38,911 nt of DNA from Candidatus Methylomirabilia bacterium (GTDB taxonomy: Bacteria; Methylomirabilota; Methylomirabilia; Rokubacteriales; CSP1-6), in assembly GCA_041496385.1 (NCBI GenBank), contig JBGQEL010000033.1, positions 1-38,911 on the forward strand. The letters run 5' to 3'. Shown here in pieces: positions 37,618 to 38,911 of the stretch; within the stretch, counting starts at the first letter, position 1; every line of letters starts with the position of its first letter. The notes under the pieces were generated by a model that worked only from the letters and a program-made list of their open reading frames with translations, was not told where the DNA came from and did no database searches. The translations under genes were made by a program, and so were the position numbers.

Positions 37618-38312
37618 CGCTGCATGACGATGTGGTCGAACGTCTCCGCGTAGGCGTAGCCCTTCGGCTTGCCGAGCTCGGCCCCGCGCTCGCGCACCCG
37701 CTTCTCGACGCCTGTGAAGTCGGCGAACTGGCTCACGTGGCAGGCGAGGGCCTTGAGCTTCAGATCGATCACGTCGGAGATGTCCATCACGAGGTGCGGG
37801 TTCTCCCATTGCATCACGTAGGCCTCGCGGACCTTGTGTGGCTCGTGCTCGGGCATGAGCTCGGGAAAGGCCATGTGGTCGCGCGCGAGGGGATAGACGC
37901 AGTCGAGCGCGACGCCCCCGACGGTCCGGTGATCCCGGTGGGAGCCGCCGAGGTTGTACGTGCGCCGCGGGTTCATCGTGATCAGGAGGTCCGGCCGCCA
38001 CCGGCGGATCTGACGCGTGACGTCGCGCCTGAGGTCGCGGGTGTCCTCGACCTCGCAGTCCGGGTAGCCGAGGAACTCGACGCGCGCCACCCCGAGCGTG
38101 CGCGCCGCGTTCCGCTGCTCCTCCTCCCGGATCGTCGCCAGGCGCGCGGGCGTCATCGCGCGGTCGCCGGAGCCCTTGTTGCCGTTGGTGACGATCACGT
38201 AGGTGACCTCGCAGCCCTGCTTGGCCAGTTTCGCGACGGTGCCGCCCGCGCCGAATTCGGAGTCATCCGGGTGCGCCGTCACGACCATCACGCGCTCGAT
38301 CTTGTCGCTCAC
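37614..38312 (-). CDS. PIG-L/LmbE family deacetylase (BshB/Mca-like)
   Basis: AHPDDSEFGAGG, VTNGNKG, HRDH, ACHVSQ; GTG start with GAGGAG SD. Confidence 0.9.
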   Translation of the reverse strand: MSDKIERVMVVTAHPDDSEFGAGGTVAKLAKQGCEVTYVIVTNGNKGSGDRAMTPARLATIREEEQRNAARTLGVARVEFLGYPDCEVEDTRDLRRDVTRQIRRWRPDLLITMNPRRTYNLGGSHRDHRTVGGVALDCVYPLARDHMAFPELMPEHEPHKVREAYVMQWENPHLVMDISDVIDLKLKALACHVSQFADFTGVEKRVRERGAELGKPKGYAYAETFDHIVMQR

Positions 38313-38347
38313 CGTATCTCCTCTCGTGGAACGGAAGTCCGTCGACA

Positions 38348-38362
38348 AGGATACCGTATAAT
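38348..38362. promoter_or_regulatory. Divergent -10 boxes
   Basis: TATAAT (+) at 38357-38362, 12 nt before ATG 38375; TATCCT (-) at 38348-38353 facing the PIG-L gene. Confidence 0.5.
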
Positions 38363-38374
38363 TCCGGGGTGCCC

Positions 38375-38911
38375 ATGGCCGCCGGGCGCCGTCTCGCCGT
38401 CGCCGCCCCGCTCGGGCTGCTCGCCGTCGTGATTCTGCTGACCGTTCTTCCGGGTGACCCCGGCTCGATCCGGCTCGGCGGCGTCGGCGCGCTCTGGTGG
38501 CTCGCCCTCGTCGCGGCGCCGCTCGCCGCGCTGCTCGCCGTCGCCGCGCCCGCGGAGCCGTCGCCCCCTGGGGGTCTCCCCCTCGCCGCCGTGGCCGCGT
38601 GGGCGGGGCCGGCCGTGCTCGTCTCGATCGCGACGCACGTGTTCGCGGGCGCCCCAGAGGCGCCGGCCGTCGCGTTTGCCGCGCTGGCGGTTCCGCTCGC
38701 GGCGTCGCGCGTGGCACCGCCCACCGCGAACCTCCGGCCGAACCGCGTCGCGTGGATCGCGGGGCTGGCCGCGGCGGGTCTCGTGCTGTGGGCGGGCCTC
38801 TCGACGCTGGCGGACGTCGCCGAGATCCTCGGGGGCCGGCGCTGGCAGGCGGCAGTCCTCGCTGCGGCGCTCACGCTCCTGGCGAGCGAATGGCGGCCGC
38901 GGACGGGAGCC
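38375..38911 (+). CDS. Multi-pass membrane protein (partial, runs off window)
   Basis: Open frame MAAGRRLAVAAPLGLLAVVILL... to the window end with several hydrophobic helices; absent from the ORF track because it has no stop. Confidence 0.65.
   Translation, partial: MAAGRRLAVAAPLGLLAVVILLTVLPGDPGSIRLGGVGALWWLALVAAPLAALLAVAAPAEPSPPGGLPLAAVAAWAGPAVLVSIATHVFAGAPEAPAVAFAALAVPLAASRVAPPTANLRPNRVAWIAGLAAAGLVLWAGLSTLADVAEILGGRRWQAAVLAAALTLLASEWRPRTGA

Overview
Very GC-rich bacterial chromosomal window with no phage, transposase, CRISPR or RNA gene visible. The run of Liv-type ABC systems and an orphan ABC_sub_bind protein suggest Candidatus Rokubacteria-like DNA (inference only). Positions 1-30822 are mostly + strand and cover carboxylic-acid uptake and CoA-dependent catabolism: four LivFGHM/SBP-type ABC systems (the first partial), three acyl-CoA ligases, a MenB/BadI-like crotonase, a BadH-like SDR, an acyl-CoA dehydrogenase, a lipoprotein truncated haemoglobin, an NCS2 permease, a sigma54-type promoter before a small CXXCH protein, a PfkB kinase and a transaldolase. 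A PDZ/trypsin-like protease lies on the - strand. Positions 30834-38312 are - strand: LLM oxidoreductase, ABC SBP, FAAL-like ligase, M28 peptidase, YbaK, double DinB and PIG-L deacetylase. A divergent partial membrane protein ends the window. The most unusual signal is intergenic. Five large GC-rich hairpins interrupt the operons, and two share an identical 31-nt core and 14-nt flank but have unrelated complementary arms. Each hairpin, and three shorter spacers, is spanned by a mini-ORF running from the upstream stop to the downstream start, four of them with exact 4-nt (A/G)TGA overlaps at both ends. This suggests a translational relay system and recurrent micro-duplication of gene junctions.
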